Assembly: GCF_006345805.1 (NCBI RefSeq) | Contig: NC_043001.1 | Coordinates: forward strand, 90,892,001 to 90,956,000 | Length of the DNA: 64,000 bases | Source of the DNA: Octopus sinensis | Lineage: Eukaryota | Direction of reading: 5' to 3' | Shown here: piece by piece, positions 26,901 through 37,102 of the stretch | How positions within the stretch are numbered: position 1 is the first letter of the stretch | How the letters are laid out: every line of letters starts with the position of its first letter | The notes under the pieces: generated by a model | Told to the model about the DNA's origin: nothing | What the model saw: only the letters and a program-made list of their open reading frames with translations | Databases searched by the model: none | Position numbers and translations under genes: made by a program

Positions 26901-27405
26901 AAATAAATTTATCATTCCTAAAACGGTGTTTTAAATGAAATTGATATGAAATTTTAATGGAGTTTTTAAGATCACTTTAAACAGGAAGTTTGTATTATAG
27001 AATCATGGACAGTCCCATGCAGGTTGGTATCAAAAGGTTTAAGCACCCTATAATTCTTTTGGTTGCTGGCAAACCTTTATCTTGTAGGGATTCAAGGGAG
27101 AATATACAGGGACAATTATCATTTATCTTCTCTAGACTTCTGGAAGATTTGCCACTCAGTAATTCAAGTAGTTCCTGCATTAGAAGACATTATTTTTCTT
27201 GGAATTGAATATTTTTCTCTGTAATTTAATTTTTGTTTTCAATTATTTATTACAGATGGATTTTGGTCCTCCAAAGACAGCCACTGATCGATATCCATTC
27301 GAGGACCTTGTAATCCGACAACCACTCAGCATTGCAGATTTACGTCGTTACTTGCGATCGGCAGTGGTATGGGCTCGTCATCACTCATCTCCAGCACGTA
27401 GCTGA
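2984..27405 (+). CDS. Spliced gene model (5'-incomplete): tandem START-domain lipid-transfer protein; C-terminal START is STARD9-like
   Basis: 12 exons with AG/GT boundaries whose phases chain without frameshift (0,0,2,1,1,0,2,2,0,1,0,0); 1827 nt = 608 aa + TGA. START hallmarks: YMGKGIVQVPPKVVWDTVRNP, IKPSGWIIEP, SMVTYIMQMDFG, C-terminal helix RQPLSIADLRRYL. Confidence 0.9.
4263..4531 (+). CDS. Exon B (TVFQVLKDISHTWSWKPGVMSTSY...TETVTLQR)
   Basis: tttatttacag acceptor, AG|gtgagt donor, open frame matching ORF 4320-4535; phase 2 end. Confidence 0.85.
4610..4852 (-). mobile_element. tRNA-derived SINE, V-domain-like family
   Basis: Minus strand: Pol III A/B boxes (gtggcttagtgg, ggtttcgattc), then ttgtgttcttgagcaaaacac...gcgatggactgg; same family at 30512 and 38646. 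Confidence 0.8.
5151..5245 (+). CDS. Exon C (YWDCDNSGGGWLLESNEKTGDWKVYIFQPLK)
   Basis: ttttttccctag acceptor, AAG|gtaaac donor; phase 2 in and phase 1 out fit both neighbours. Confidence 0.85.
7134..7730 (+). CDS. Exon D: end of START-like domain 1 plus Ser/acidic linker
   Basis: ttctttgtttcag acceptor, G|gtatgt donor; 597 nt open frame coinciding with the 200-aa ORF 7148-7750. Confidence 0.9.
7791..8112 (-). mobile_element. RTE-LINE 3' UTR fragment with (GAT)n tail
   Basis: Reverse complement of the 3' end of the RTE copy at 9870-11851; ~63-bp internal subrepeats; followed by (AT)n at 8113-8180. Confidence 0.8.
8712..8773 (+). CDS. Exon E (DHRFVFYQTVANEAAATLLKE)
   Basis: ccttgttctag acceptor, GAG|gtaagc donor, phase 1 to 0. 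Confidence 0.85.
8913..9144 (-). mobile_element. RTE-LINE 3' UTR fragment
   Basis: catcat tail plus ttaacgtccgctttccatgctagcatggg, nearly identical to the copy at 16215. Confidence 0.8.
9870..11851 (+). mobile_element. RTE-clade LINE, 5'-truncated and degenerate (RT domain to tail)
   Basis: YLAFVDF.KAFD, GVHQGS, ELLYTDDLVLIAES, MLHGSETW, GRPGKTW; ends in gatgatg tail. Confidence 0.9.
12857..13012. repeat. 3 x 52-bp tandem repeat within a SINE core
   Basis: Unit gaaagtacc.gtcg.gtactgaggttgatgtaattgacttatc.catcttaa starts at 12857, 12909 and 12961. Confidence 0.95.
13464..13531 (+). CDS. Exon F (LTLSSNIDLQSQTENNNLTGRW)
   Basis: ctctttctctttacag acceptor, GT|gtaagt donor, phase 0 to 2. Confidence 0.8.
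13677..14077 (-). mobile_element. tRNA-derived SINE, abundant family A (central (CA)n)
   Basis: Head ggctgtgtggtaag...gggtt.cgtcccactgc on the minus strand; many copies in the window. Confidence 0.85.
14397..14746 (+). mobile_element. tRNA-derived SINE family A, older copy
   Basis: tggctgtgtgg...gggttcagtcccactgc...gccttgg...ggtggtgcccaagcatggc; opposite orientation to the 13677 copy. Confidence 0.75.
14974..15633. mobile_element. hAT-like MITE interrupted by a Helitron
   Basis: Termini caatgctactc / gagatgtactg; 8-bp TSD cttcagag / ctttagag (7 of 8). Confidence 0.6.
15159..15555 (-). mobile_element. Non-autonomous Helitron (DINE/HINE-like)
   Basis: Minus strand starts TC(TC)TATATA..AAAGCTGAAGTTGTCTGTG and ends hairpin + CTAG; inserted between A and T. 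Confidence 0.8.
16215..17236 (-). mobile_element. RTE-clade LINE 3' kilobase, well preserved
   Basis: ORF 16848-17195 KGRLYDACVRTAMLHGSETW...RRLHWYGHVVRM...GRGRPR, then 3' UTR with 63-bp repeats and (GAT)n tail. Confidence 0.92.
17824..18318. repeat. ~500-bp C/T low-complexity tract with 12-bp ccctctcactac subrepeats
   Basis: Direct inspection: no G in the tract; the overlapping ORFs are artefacts. Confidence 0.95.
18821..19180 (-). mobile_element. tRNA-derived SINE family A
   Basis: Same sequence as the 13677 and 29402 copies. Confidence 0.85.
20858..20926 (+). CDS. Exon G (VFCGLDDEIVILRKIPEEGSSLQ)
   Basis: tttccttccag acceptor, AG|gtattg donor, phase 2 to 2. Confidence 0.85.
21156..21252 (+). 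CDS. Exon H (SYMGKGIVQVPPKVVWDTVRNPRTKFTYDESLK), START domain 2
   Basis: ttttcacttcag acceptor, AAG|gtaaga donor; G.G.V..P...VW motif of START domains. Confidence 0.92.
22469..22511 (+). CDS. Exon I (KVDVLESFLESLKI)
   Basis: tttgtatttcag acceptor, G|gtaaga donor, phase 0 to 1. Confidence 0.8.
23270..23470 (+). mobile_element. CR1/Jockey-group LINE ORF2 C-terminal fragment
   Basis: RSTVEYCAYIW...LDCIQRRATCLIG...LQLL..AVSS resembles the post-RT region of these LINEs. Confidence 0.7.
23910..24067 (+). CDS. Exon J (VYFYHEVVALFRKDCCDACVVLSERLENNRFILSMQSVDYENTRRDKDATKAL)
   Basis: Long T tract plus gcag acceptor, TTA|gttagt donor (weak); open frame matching ORF 23828-24076; START core strands. 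Confidence 0.88.
25513..25590 (+). CDS. Exon K (IKPSGWIIEPLVKDNRLCSMVTYIMQ)
   Basis: tctattttacag acceptor, CAG|gtaagt donor; PSGW.I.P...VTY is a canonical START motif. Confidence 0.92.
27256..27405 (+). CDS. Terminal coding exon L (MDFGPPKTATDRYPFEDLVIRQPLSIADLRRYLRSAVVWARHHSSPARS*)
   Basis: ttatttattacag acceptor, C-terminal START helix, TGA at 27403-27405. Confidence 0.9.
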   Translation: MDFGPPKTATDRYPFEDLVIRQPLSIADLRRYLRSAVVWARHHSSPARS

Positions 27406-27659
27406 ACAAATTCTGCTGGATATACAGGTTATATAAGGAAGGGTGGGTGGGTGTTACCTCCTTTGAATTGCTGATTGAACAGATTTGCACCTTCAACTGA
27501 GATTTTTTTCCTTCAAACATCATCTAGATAACTCACATGGGTAATATGGACCTACTGCTGAAGGAAAAACAAAATTTCGTCCTGAAAACAAGACATTTTG
27601 AATTATTTTTTTCTGTTCTTTATAAATTTGTTTTTATAAATATCATTTTTTATTAATGA

Positions 27660-27665
27660 AATAAA
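27660..27665 (+). promoter_or_regulatory. Candidate polyadenylation signal AATAAA of the START gene
   Basis: AATAAA about 255 nt after the stop codon, followed by a GT/T-rich tract (tttgtgtgtatttttt). Confidence 0.4.
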
Positions 27666-28613
27666 ATTTGTGTGTATTTTTTATAATGTTGTTTTCTGAA
27701 ATTCTTTATCATTCATTTTTGCCTTCGTTGCCAGTTTTCAAATATCATACAAAACAGTGCCACCTCTTTACATCTTTTTCTAAACTTATTGAGGTTTACT
27801 TTAGTTTTTACTGTTTTTGAGTTGATGAAATAAGTACCAGTTGTGCTGGATTTAACTAAGTTAATTTTTTGACATCCTGTGATAGTTATAAAATGATTGT
27901 CATTGTCAAATATGCAGTATCATTTTCAATATTTTATGAAAAACATGTCTGCTCATGAAGAAATATTACCTTAGTTGGAAATAGGTGAAGGTTGGCAGCA
28001 GAAAGGGCATCTGGTTGTAAAAAAAAATTTGCCTCCACTAATTCTTTTTGACTCATGCAAGCATAGAAAAGTGGGCAGATTGGACTTGAACCCATGTAAT
28101 TCTGAAGTGAACTTCTTTACCTATGCAATCATATTTGTACTTATGTTGTACATTCTGATTTTTTATTTTTTTATTGTAGCTTTGCATATTGAACTTTTGA
28201 AGATTGTTTTTAATCTGGAACAAAAATGACAAACCTATAAAGCCAGGAGATTATATACAGGGGTGCAAGTATAGCTGTATGATTAAGACGTTTGCTTGCA
28301 ACCATGTGGTTCTGAGTTCAGTCCTACTGCATGGCAACTTGGACTAGTGCTTTCTGCTATAACCCCAAGCTGACCAAAGTTTTGTGAGTGAGTTAGGTTG
28401 ATGAACTCAAAGAAGCCTGTTGCATATGTATCTATATGTGCATGTGTGGTTTCTTATCCATACAAGAATAGGAAAGAAAGTGGATATTGATATGATCACA
28501 TAGCATTTATCAAGGTTTGAAATAACTACTTGACAGCTGAGTTGTGCTAATTATCAATTTAGTAAAGAGTTTGTGTTAAACAGTTTGCTCTTAACTTTTC
28601 TTGGATACTAGAT

Positions 28614-28993
28614 ACTCTTTTACTTGTTTCAGTCATTTGACTATGGCCATGCTGGAGCACCAACTTCAGTCAAGCAAATTGACCTCAAGACTTATTCTTT
28701 GTAAGCCTAGTACTTATTCTATTGGTCTCTTTTGCTGAACTGCTAAGTTACGTGGACGTAAACACACCAGCATCGGTTGTCAAGCGATGTTGGGGGTGAC
28801 AAACACACACACACACACACACACACATACGACAGGCTTCTTTCAGTGTCTGTCTACCAAATTCACTCACAAGGCTTTGATCGGCCGGAGGCTATAGTAG
28901 AAGACACTTGCCCAAGGTGACACATGGTGGGACTGAACCTGGAACCATGTGGTTGGTAAACAAGCTACTTACCACATAGCCACTCCTGCGCCT
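28614..28993 (-). mobile_element. tRNA-derived SINE family A
   Basis: Full-length family sequence with central (CA)n. Confidence 0.85.
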
Positions 28994-29401
28994 ATGATTG
29001 TTGAAATTGAGCTTTGAACCAAGGTTACAGCTCTTTTATTTACTTATTTTTTTTTTTTCAGTACAGTAATGTAAAAGGTTGGTTGTGCTAATCCAAACAC
29101 ATCTAATCTTTTAAGCTTGCTAATCCTACATAAGACAGGTGATTTTAAATTCAGATTTCTGTTGCAGTGCTTAAATCCTTCCATCTGTTTCTCCAGGTAC
29201 TGAGTGTGATAATATATACATATATATTCTTGAAGCTGTGGAATCAACCTAGACTTTTACTCAAGTATCCATATAATTCACTGCTGATCTTCAATATTTT
29301 GGTGCTGAAGAATAAGACCACTGATACTAACTGTTTTTCTAAGTGTCTCATTATATCATTAGAAGAAAAATTAAGCTTTGGCATCAAATTTTCATTTGAA
29401 G

Positions 29402-29805
29402 TCTCTTTCACTTGTTTCAGTCATTTGACTGCGGCCATGCTGGAGCACCGCCTCTATTCGAGCAAATCGACCCCAGGACTTATTCTTTGTAAGCCTAGTA
29501 CTTACTCTATCGGTCTCTTTTGCCGAACTGCTAAGTTACCAGGACGTAAACACACCAGCATCGGTCGTCAAGTGATGTTGGGGGGGGGGGACAAACACAC
29601 ACATACATGTATGTATATATATGCACACATATATATATATACGATGGGCTTCTTTCAGTTTCCGTCTATCAAATCCATTTACAAGGCTTTGGTTGGCCTG
29701 AGGCTATAGTAGAAGACACTTTCCAAAGGTGTCACGCAGTGGGACTGAACCCAGAACCATGTGGTTGGTAAGCAAGCTACTTACCACACAGCCACTCCTA
29801 CGCCT
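29402..29805 (-). mobile_element. tRNA-derived SINE family A
   Basis: Full-length family sequence; gives rise to the spurious ORF 29167-29709. Confidence 0.85.
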
Positions 29806-30511
29806 CTGTTCCTCTTACATTATTTTTAATTTTGGCACAAGGCCAGCAATTTTGATAGAAGGATGTCTATTACATTGATACTGGTACTTATTTTATCAAC
29901 CCCTGAAAGGATAAAAGCGAAGTTGGCCTCAGAATTTCAACTCAGAATGTAAAGAACTGGAAGATATGCTGCTGAGTTATTTTGTTCAATGCTCTAACAA
30001 TTCTACCAGCTTGCCACCTTCAATTCCTCTTGTGTTGGTTTCAAATTTTGGTAGAAGGCCAGCAATTTCGGGGTATGTGGTTAGTCAATAACTTCAACCC
30101 CTGTGTCCAATTGGTACTTATTTCATTGCTCCCAGAAGGAGGAAAAGCAAAGTCAGCCTCTGTAGTATTTGAACTCAGAACATGACAGACAAAATGCCAC
30201 CAAGCATATTTTTTTATTAAAAGCATAAACAGCTCCATAATTTTCCTCTTTGAATTTATCTTGTACTGAATTAAGAAATTAGTTACCATTTAGCTGATGC
30301 TGGTGCCATGTAAAAGGCACCCAGTACACTCCTAATACACCTGTAGTAGAAAGGATTATTATCATCATGGCAGACTCATTAGTGTGTTGGAAGAAATGTT
30401 GCTCAGTAGTTCTTCCAGCTTTTCACCTGCTGAGGTCAACTATATCCTACATCCTTTCAGGAGTCATAAAATAAAGGACCAGTTAAGCACTGGGACTGAT
30501 GTAATTGATTT

Positions 30512-30766
30512 AATAATAAAAATAAATGCACACTTTTAAAGCCTAGCCAGGTTCATGGGCCCGGTTTCAATGATGTGTGTGTTCCCCAGCTGGACAGGAT
30601 GCCAGTCCATTGCAGCGTTACTCATTTTTGCCAGCTGAGTGGACTGGAGCAACGTGAAATGAAGTGTTTTGCTCAAGAACACAATGCGTTGCCTGGTCCA
30701 GGAATCGAAATCACAATCTTACGATCATGATGCTGACACCCTAACCACTAAGCCATGTGCCTCCAC
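30512..30766 (-). mobile_element. V-domain-like SINE with 12-bp TSD
   Basis: TSD tgtaattgattt at 30500-30511 and 30767-30778. Confidence 0.85.
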
Positions 30767-31421
30767 TGTAATTGATTTACCCTCACAAATTTCCTAATGT
30801 GTGAAAATTGGAAAGTATTATTATTATTATTATTATTATTAAAGCGGTGAGCTGGCAGAATTGTAAGCGCACTGAGCAAAATGCTTAGCAGTATTTTGTC
30901 CATCACTGCATTCTGAGTTCAAATTCTGCTGGGGTCAACTTTGTCTTTCATTCTTTTGGGGTTGATAAAATAAGTAACAATTATGCACTAGGGTCAATGC
31001 AATCAACTTAATCCCTTCCCCCAAATTTGAGGCCTTGTGCTTCCAGTAGAAAGGATTATTATCCTTGAGGCAGCAAGCTGGCAGAATCATTAGCATGCTA
31101 GTCAAAATGCTTAGCAGCATTATGTCTGTCTTAAAGCTCTGAGTTCAAATTCCACTGAGGTCGACATTGCCTTTCATCCTTTTAGGGTTGATAAAATAAG
31201 TACCAGGTGGACATTGGAGTCAATGTAATTGGCTTACCACCCACCACTGAAATTACTGGTCTTGTGCCTAAATCTGAAACTATAATTATAATTATTGAAA
31301 CATCGAGCTGTCAGAATTATTACAACATCAGACAAAATGCTTAGCATTTCTTTTGGCGCTACATTCTGAGTTCAAATACTGTCAAGGTCAACTTTACTTT
31401 TCATCATTTCTGGGTTGATAT

Positions 31422-31726
31422 TGTTTGTTCCTTCTCGAGTCATGCCTGGCTCATAAGGGTTAGTTTCCTGGTTTCCTTGGCATATAGGTTCTCCACCTGG
31501 ATGGGACGCTGGTCCGTCACAGGTGAGCTGCAAGATGCAGGAGGAAAGAGTAAGAGAAAGTTGTGGCGAAAGAGTCAGCAGAAGATCCCCAATACCTTCT
31601 GCCAGAGCTGCATGGAGCTTAGGTGTTTTGCTCATAAACACACACACTGCCCGGTCTGAGATTCGAACCCGCGATCCCTCGACTGTGAGTCCACTACTCT
31701 AACCACTAGGCCATGTGCCTCCATCA
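31422..31726 (-). mobile_element. V-domain-like SINE (second subfamily) with 10-bp TSD
   Basis: tRNA-like head on the minus strand; gggttgatat at 31412-31421 and 31727-31736. Confidence 0.75.
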
Positions 31727-32610
31727 GGGTTGATATAATATGTACCATTTGAGCACTGGGGTTGAAGTAATTACTCAACCTCTAAAATTCCTGACCTTGC
31801 ATCAAAATTTAAAAGAATTATTACTATTATTATTGGTTCAAATTCTACCGTGGTCAGCTTTGCCTTTCATCCTTTTGGGGTCGATAAATTAAGTACCAGT
31901 GGAGTATTGTGATCAATGTAATTGGCTTAATCTGTCCCCCCCAAATTTCAAGCCTTGTGCCTATAGTAGAAAGGATTATTATTAATCAGCAGAATGTGAC
32001 AAAAGTGACTCAAGGGACAAGGCTTTTTTGCATGGCAATTATCAAACTAACTATAAATCTTTAAAAAGGGTTGGTTACAATTATGTCTGGAGTATTTGTT
32101 TAAAAGTCAATTTGGAGGGTCATGTGAAAAATGTATATTTTTATAGTGAAGAATGTTCCCAAATTTTAAATCAGTTTGATAAGTGCCATGCATCTAACTC
32201 TAGGCCCTTGAGTTACTTCTGTAACTTTCTACTGATTAACACACACACACACATATGTTCATTTTTTTTTGTGTACCAAATGCGCGTGTGGTGTAATATT
32301 TTCTCTTTGTGAGTGTTGATGTCCTGCAAGTTGTCTTTCATTTCCAATCTTCAAACAAATATCAATTTGCTTGGAAATGAGTGGCCACATAAAATTCAAC
32401 TCGACTAAATTCTGTCTGCCCCATGCAAGAATGGATAAATGTATGTTAAGTGATGATATATATATATGCATGAATTTGAATTTTTAGGTCAAGCTAATGC
32501 ATAATCTTATTGATTTTTTTTTTTCACTTTAGGCCTGCTCAGATTTTAGGTTACCACCCGAAAATTAGATATATGAAAGAGCTTATATCCTTCTCATTCA
32601 CTTTTCTTGT

Positions 32611-32641
<31 letters not shown>

Positions 32642-33103
32642 GCTGCACCAAGACCAAGATTTTTAATTTACACTTGCATAATTTTTCTCATCAGTAGTAA
32701 CATATAGTTTATACTATTTTGTTATAGTTTCAATGATCTTTCTCTTAGTGTGTTGCATGTGTGAGCATGTATGTTTGTAATGATGAAGATATTGAATTGC
32801 TGGCTCCTGTGTTCAAGTCTACTTCAAATGTTTCACATTGGTCTTTGAGCCAGATATTTAGTTCTTGATATTTAGTTCCTCACCTAAGTGACAATCTTAC
32901 AAGAAATACACTTGTTCTAACTATTTGATAGTAATCTGTGAAAAGGTTAATTTTTCTTTTATCTTCAACACCAACACCAAATTTATTAAACACTTTCTGT
33001 TGTTTCGTTCTCTCTTATTTGAGTGATCTTTGCCTTAGCTTTGTAATGAAGTATTCACAGGCTGTTTCAGTTCTTTTGGAAACTACTGCAAAAAAATCTC
33101 AAT

Positions 33104-33104
33104 C

Positions 33105-33155
<51 letters not shown>

Positions 33156-33232
33156 CTGTCTCTCTCTCTGTCTGTCTCTGTCTCTGTCTGTCTGTCTGCC
33201 TGTCTGTCTGTCTCTCTCTCCCTCTCTCTCTC
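33104..33232. repeat. (TCTG)n/(TC)n compound microsatellite
   Basis: Direct inspection. Confidence 0.95.
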
Positions 33233-33789
33233 ACCCCCCTCTCTTATTTCAGGCATGACTGTGTGATAAGAAGTTTGTTTACAATCTTCTGTGGAAATTT
33301 GTCTGGTCATTGGGGAATATTACTTTACTTGAAAACAGGTGAGTGTTGGTGACAGGAAGGGCATCTATCTCTTGTAAATCTACCTTAACAAATTCCATCT
33401 GACCCATGTGAGCATGGTAAAGAGGATCCTAAAACAATGATGCTGAATCTGGAGGAAGAGTTAGTGCCTATGGCAGGGCATCTGAGACTAATATCATTAA
33501 TGAGCCATTTAAGTTGTTGCAGGCCAATGCCTGTGGAAAAGTGATAATGAGATGGAAGACGAGGGGAAGTGACATCACATCAAGAAGTGGGGTGTTCAAA
33601 CAGCCTCTTTCTTAGCTGAGGTGTCAAGTGCAATAGATGACCTACACATTCAGTAGTAAACTTTCAGCAATAGATATTTTAGAGGAGTAGTTCTTTCAGG
33701 CCAAACGTTCAGGTAGAGTACATGTGTGGGTTCAATTACTGGGTTCTGCTGGTTCTTGTGGTTTGAAGTTTGGATGTACTATTGCCTAT

Positions 33790-34060
33790 TGCATCTCAAG
33801 ATAAGAGCGACCTTATTTGTGCCTTACAAACTATATGAAAGAGATTCCTCAAAGGACTGAGCATAGTGACAAAGGTGATGGGAAGTGGAATGATGAGTTG
33901 GTCAGGAGTATCTGAGTGGAGAAGATATGAAACTTGCCAGCCCTGAGGACAGAGGTCATTATAGTGGTGATAGAAAAGACAAAAGGAGGGGACAGCATGC
34001 CTGTAGGCCAGGGACTTAAGTGGGTCCATTCATGATGGAATACCACTAAGCCAACAAGCC
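33790..34060 (-). mobile_element. CR1/Jockey-group LINE 3' fragment
   Basis: DPLKSLAYRHAVPSFCLFYHHYNDLC resembles the L..L.HRR.V..L.LFYRYY motif. Confidence 0.7.
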
Positions 34061-35137
34061 TTTCTCTGGATGCAGTCTAGGATGTCTGTGTTTCTGCTGT
34101 AGCAGCACCATCCCAGATGTGGGCACAACACCTAATTGTGGGCCTCACTCGAGCTTTGTAGAGTGTCAGCAGCTGTTAGGGATTGAAATATCTTCTGGCT
34201 TTGAAGAGAAGGGCTATGTTTTTGGACTTAAACATTCAGCAGTAACTGACAATATTGCTAATACAGTTTATAACAGTGTAGTGACGCCATCTTGGAAATC
34301 TCCAGCACGCATGCGTAGAGTTGGATTCTTCCGGGAGGCCTGCCGGAAGTTCCCTCATGTGCATGCACAGAAAACTAGGAACAGCAAAATTTCCCTCGCT
34401 TTGTCTCTCGAATGCTGACAGCTGAACAGTATGGACGTGTTTTAGCAGCTCTCTCAAGCTGCACCTCGTGGCATTGCTATGCTATGCTTGAATGGACAGG
34501 ATTTGGTCACTCCACTTGACTACTGCGATGAGCTCCTAGGTTGCTGATTCGCCCTGAAGAAGAATGTATATATTGCGAATCCAGAAATAAAAATATTTAT
34601 GTGGTTGAAGTTAATCGGAAGTCTTGACTCTTTCCTTCGATTAATATTTTGATGTAAAGGATGAGAGCTGCACCCATCCAGTGTTACAGACCTTTCATCC
34701 TGTTACAACGGTATGCTCAATTTAGCCCAGTTATCTATTCTAGTAAGAGTTAAGATTCTTTGCCATGTACACCTTGCCACATTGATGGTGATAATGTATA
34801 CAAATTATTGACTATTCCAAAAATAGGTCAGCTTTAATATTCTAGCTAACAGCAATTCTTACCTTTTATTGCAAGATTTATTATCTTCAATGAAATAATT
34901 TCCATTTTGGATCTAAAACTCAGCAATATTTTTGTCTGCTTCTAGTTAGTTTCATGTTTTACATGATTTATCTGTTCTCCTCCTGTGGTGTATGGGGACC
35001 AGCTTGCCAAAGACTAGACCCAATGTTCTTTCTGTCTGTCATAAAAAGCAGGTAAAAGAGTTTGATGTAGGATCTTCACTCTGTCCTTGTAAAATTCTTA
35101 TCAACAGTGACTACCCAAACAGACCCATGAGTTAGAG

Positions 35138-36052
35138 CAAGAGTTCTCAACCATTTTTTTTATCTATGGACCCCTTTGACTACTATTTTATTCTGGTGGA
35201 CCCCCATAGCTATTCAATGTTTACTTCTTCCAAAATTCCTATTTTGCTTTTCACATTAACTCGTGTAGGTCAAACTATGTAAAATTTAAGAGAAAGAAAC
35301 TGAGCTGTCTTTTGCAATACATACCAATACATACATCATCATCATCATTTAACATCCGCTTTCCATGCTAGCATCAGTTGGACGATTTGACTGAGGACTG
35401 GCGAACCAGATGGCTGTGCCAGGCCCCAATCTGATCTGGCAGAGTTTCTGCAGCTGGATGCCCTTCCTAACAGCATCCACTCCTAGAGTGTAGTGGGTGC
35501 TTTTACGTGACACTGGCACGAAGGTCAGTCTGGTGGTACTGGCAACGGCCACGCTCAAAATGGTGTTTTTTACATGCCACTTGCACAGGAGTCAGTCCAG
35601 TGGCACTGGCAACAACCTTGCTCGAATGTTTTGTTGACGTGCCAGTAAGGCGACGCTGGTAATGATCACGCTTAAATGGTGCTTTTTATGTGCCACAGGC
35701 ATGAAAGCCAGACAGCTGCTCTGGCAGTGATCCCGCTCAGATGGAGTTGTTAGCACTCCACTGGCACGGGTGCCAGTCATCGAATTTGGTTCAATTTCGA
35801 TTTCACTTGCCCTAACAGGTCTTTGCAAGCAGCGTTTAGTGTCCAATGAAGGGAGGTTGGCATGGGTGCCAGTTGTCGAATTTGGTTTGATTTCGAATTC
35901 AATTTTGATTTACACTCGCCTCAACAGCAAAATTTTTTCAGGGGCCCTTAAATTACTATTGTGGATCCCCAATTTACTATTTTGTTATGTGGACCCCACA
36001 AAATCTTATATGGACCCTCAGAGGCCATATGAATCCTGGTTGAGAACCACTG
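35138..36052. mobile_element. hAT (Charlie-like) MITE split by an RTE 3'-UTR insertion (~35335-35925, minus strand)
   Basis: Termini caagagttctcaacc / ggttgagaaccactg; TSD agttagag / ggttagag. Confidence 0.75.
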
Positions 36053-36322
36053 GGTTAGAGTGTTCTCACCTGAGTGTATGCTCATTGCTAAGGATGTGCA
36101 CTGGATGGCACTTCCTCCTCCCTATTCAATGATGCACCCTCAGGTTTACAGTGATACACTTATTTCGAAACACCACTTTAGCATTATTACAAATTATTCC
36201 TCACCCAGAATCAAAGTCTGGCAATGGGCTTGCCTGAGTGGTGCAAAGGTGTCATCCACCAGGAGTAGGGAATCACCAAAATATGGTGACTGCAGTGATG
36301 ACTTGTTACAACACATGCTCCC

Positions 36323-36353
<31 letters not shown>

Positions 36354-36950
36354 AACCACCACCACCACCACCTTCCAGCATTTATTACTCTCTCACCTCA
36401 CTCTCTTTCTCCATTCATTTAAATATTCATTTAAATATTATGTTGCTCCTCAATAGAACAGTGTGAGGATGCTCAGCAAAGATTACTTATTTTTGATTCA
36501 CTTTATTCTCCTTCTCATTAGCAGCAATTATTAATATTGCTAATAATCTGTTAATTACTTTCAGGAGGTTACTGTCACACTTGTACTTGTACAAAAATGT
36601 TTATTGTTTTAAATAACTTTACTCTAGTTAAAAAAAACCATCTGTACTTTCTAAACAATGTACCCACGCCTCTTACTCCACTATTAGGTTTTGGAAAGCC
36701 TGTATAATGTACCCTTTTGGAAGTTAGCACCATGACCTCAGCTTTATTCTGAGGTTGCCTTCACAGGATTTCTATTTCCATTCATTCATTCATTCATCCA
36801 TCCATCCATCTGTCCATACATACAAACACATATCCATACAAGCATACAAACACATCCATGCAGACACACATACATACATGCAAGCATGCGTACATACATA
36901 CATACATACAAACATGCATACAAACATGCATACATACGTACATACATATT

Positions 36951-37102
36951 ACCTGCTGTGCTTGAGGTGACCTGGTGTGCTTGGGGAAACCTGCTGTGCT
37001 TGTGGCGACCTGCTGTGCTTGGGGTGATCTGCTGTGCTTCGGGCAACCTGCTGTGCTTGGGGTGACCTGCTGTGCTTGGGGCGACCTGCTGTGCTTGAGG
37101 AG
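36951..37102. repeat. 8 x 19-bp minisatellite (acctgctgtgcttggggtg)
   Basis: Units at 36951, 36970, 36989, 37008, 37027, 37046, 37065 and 37084. Confidence 0.95.

Larger units (their letters stand above)
29820..31985. mobile_element. Cluster of about 7-8 SINEs with a Meta-domain-like core
   Basis: Repeated gagctggcagaat..ttagc...ctgagttcaaatt...gtc.actttgcctttcatcctt..ggggt.gataaaataagtacc, ending gaaaggattattatt, in both orientations. Confidence 0.75.

Noticed and set aside
27403-27600. Stop-codon readthrough or SECIS after the TGA
   Set aside because: Context is TGA-ACA rather than TGA-CTA(G), only 22 further codons follow, and no AUGA/GA quartet stem was seen in the UTR.
29167-29709. 180-aa ORF
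   Set aside because: Runs through AT-rich DNA into a family-A SINE; the same peptide appears at other SINE copies.
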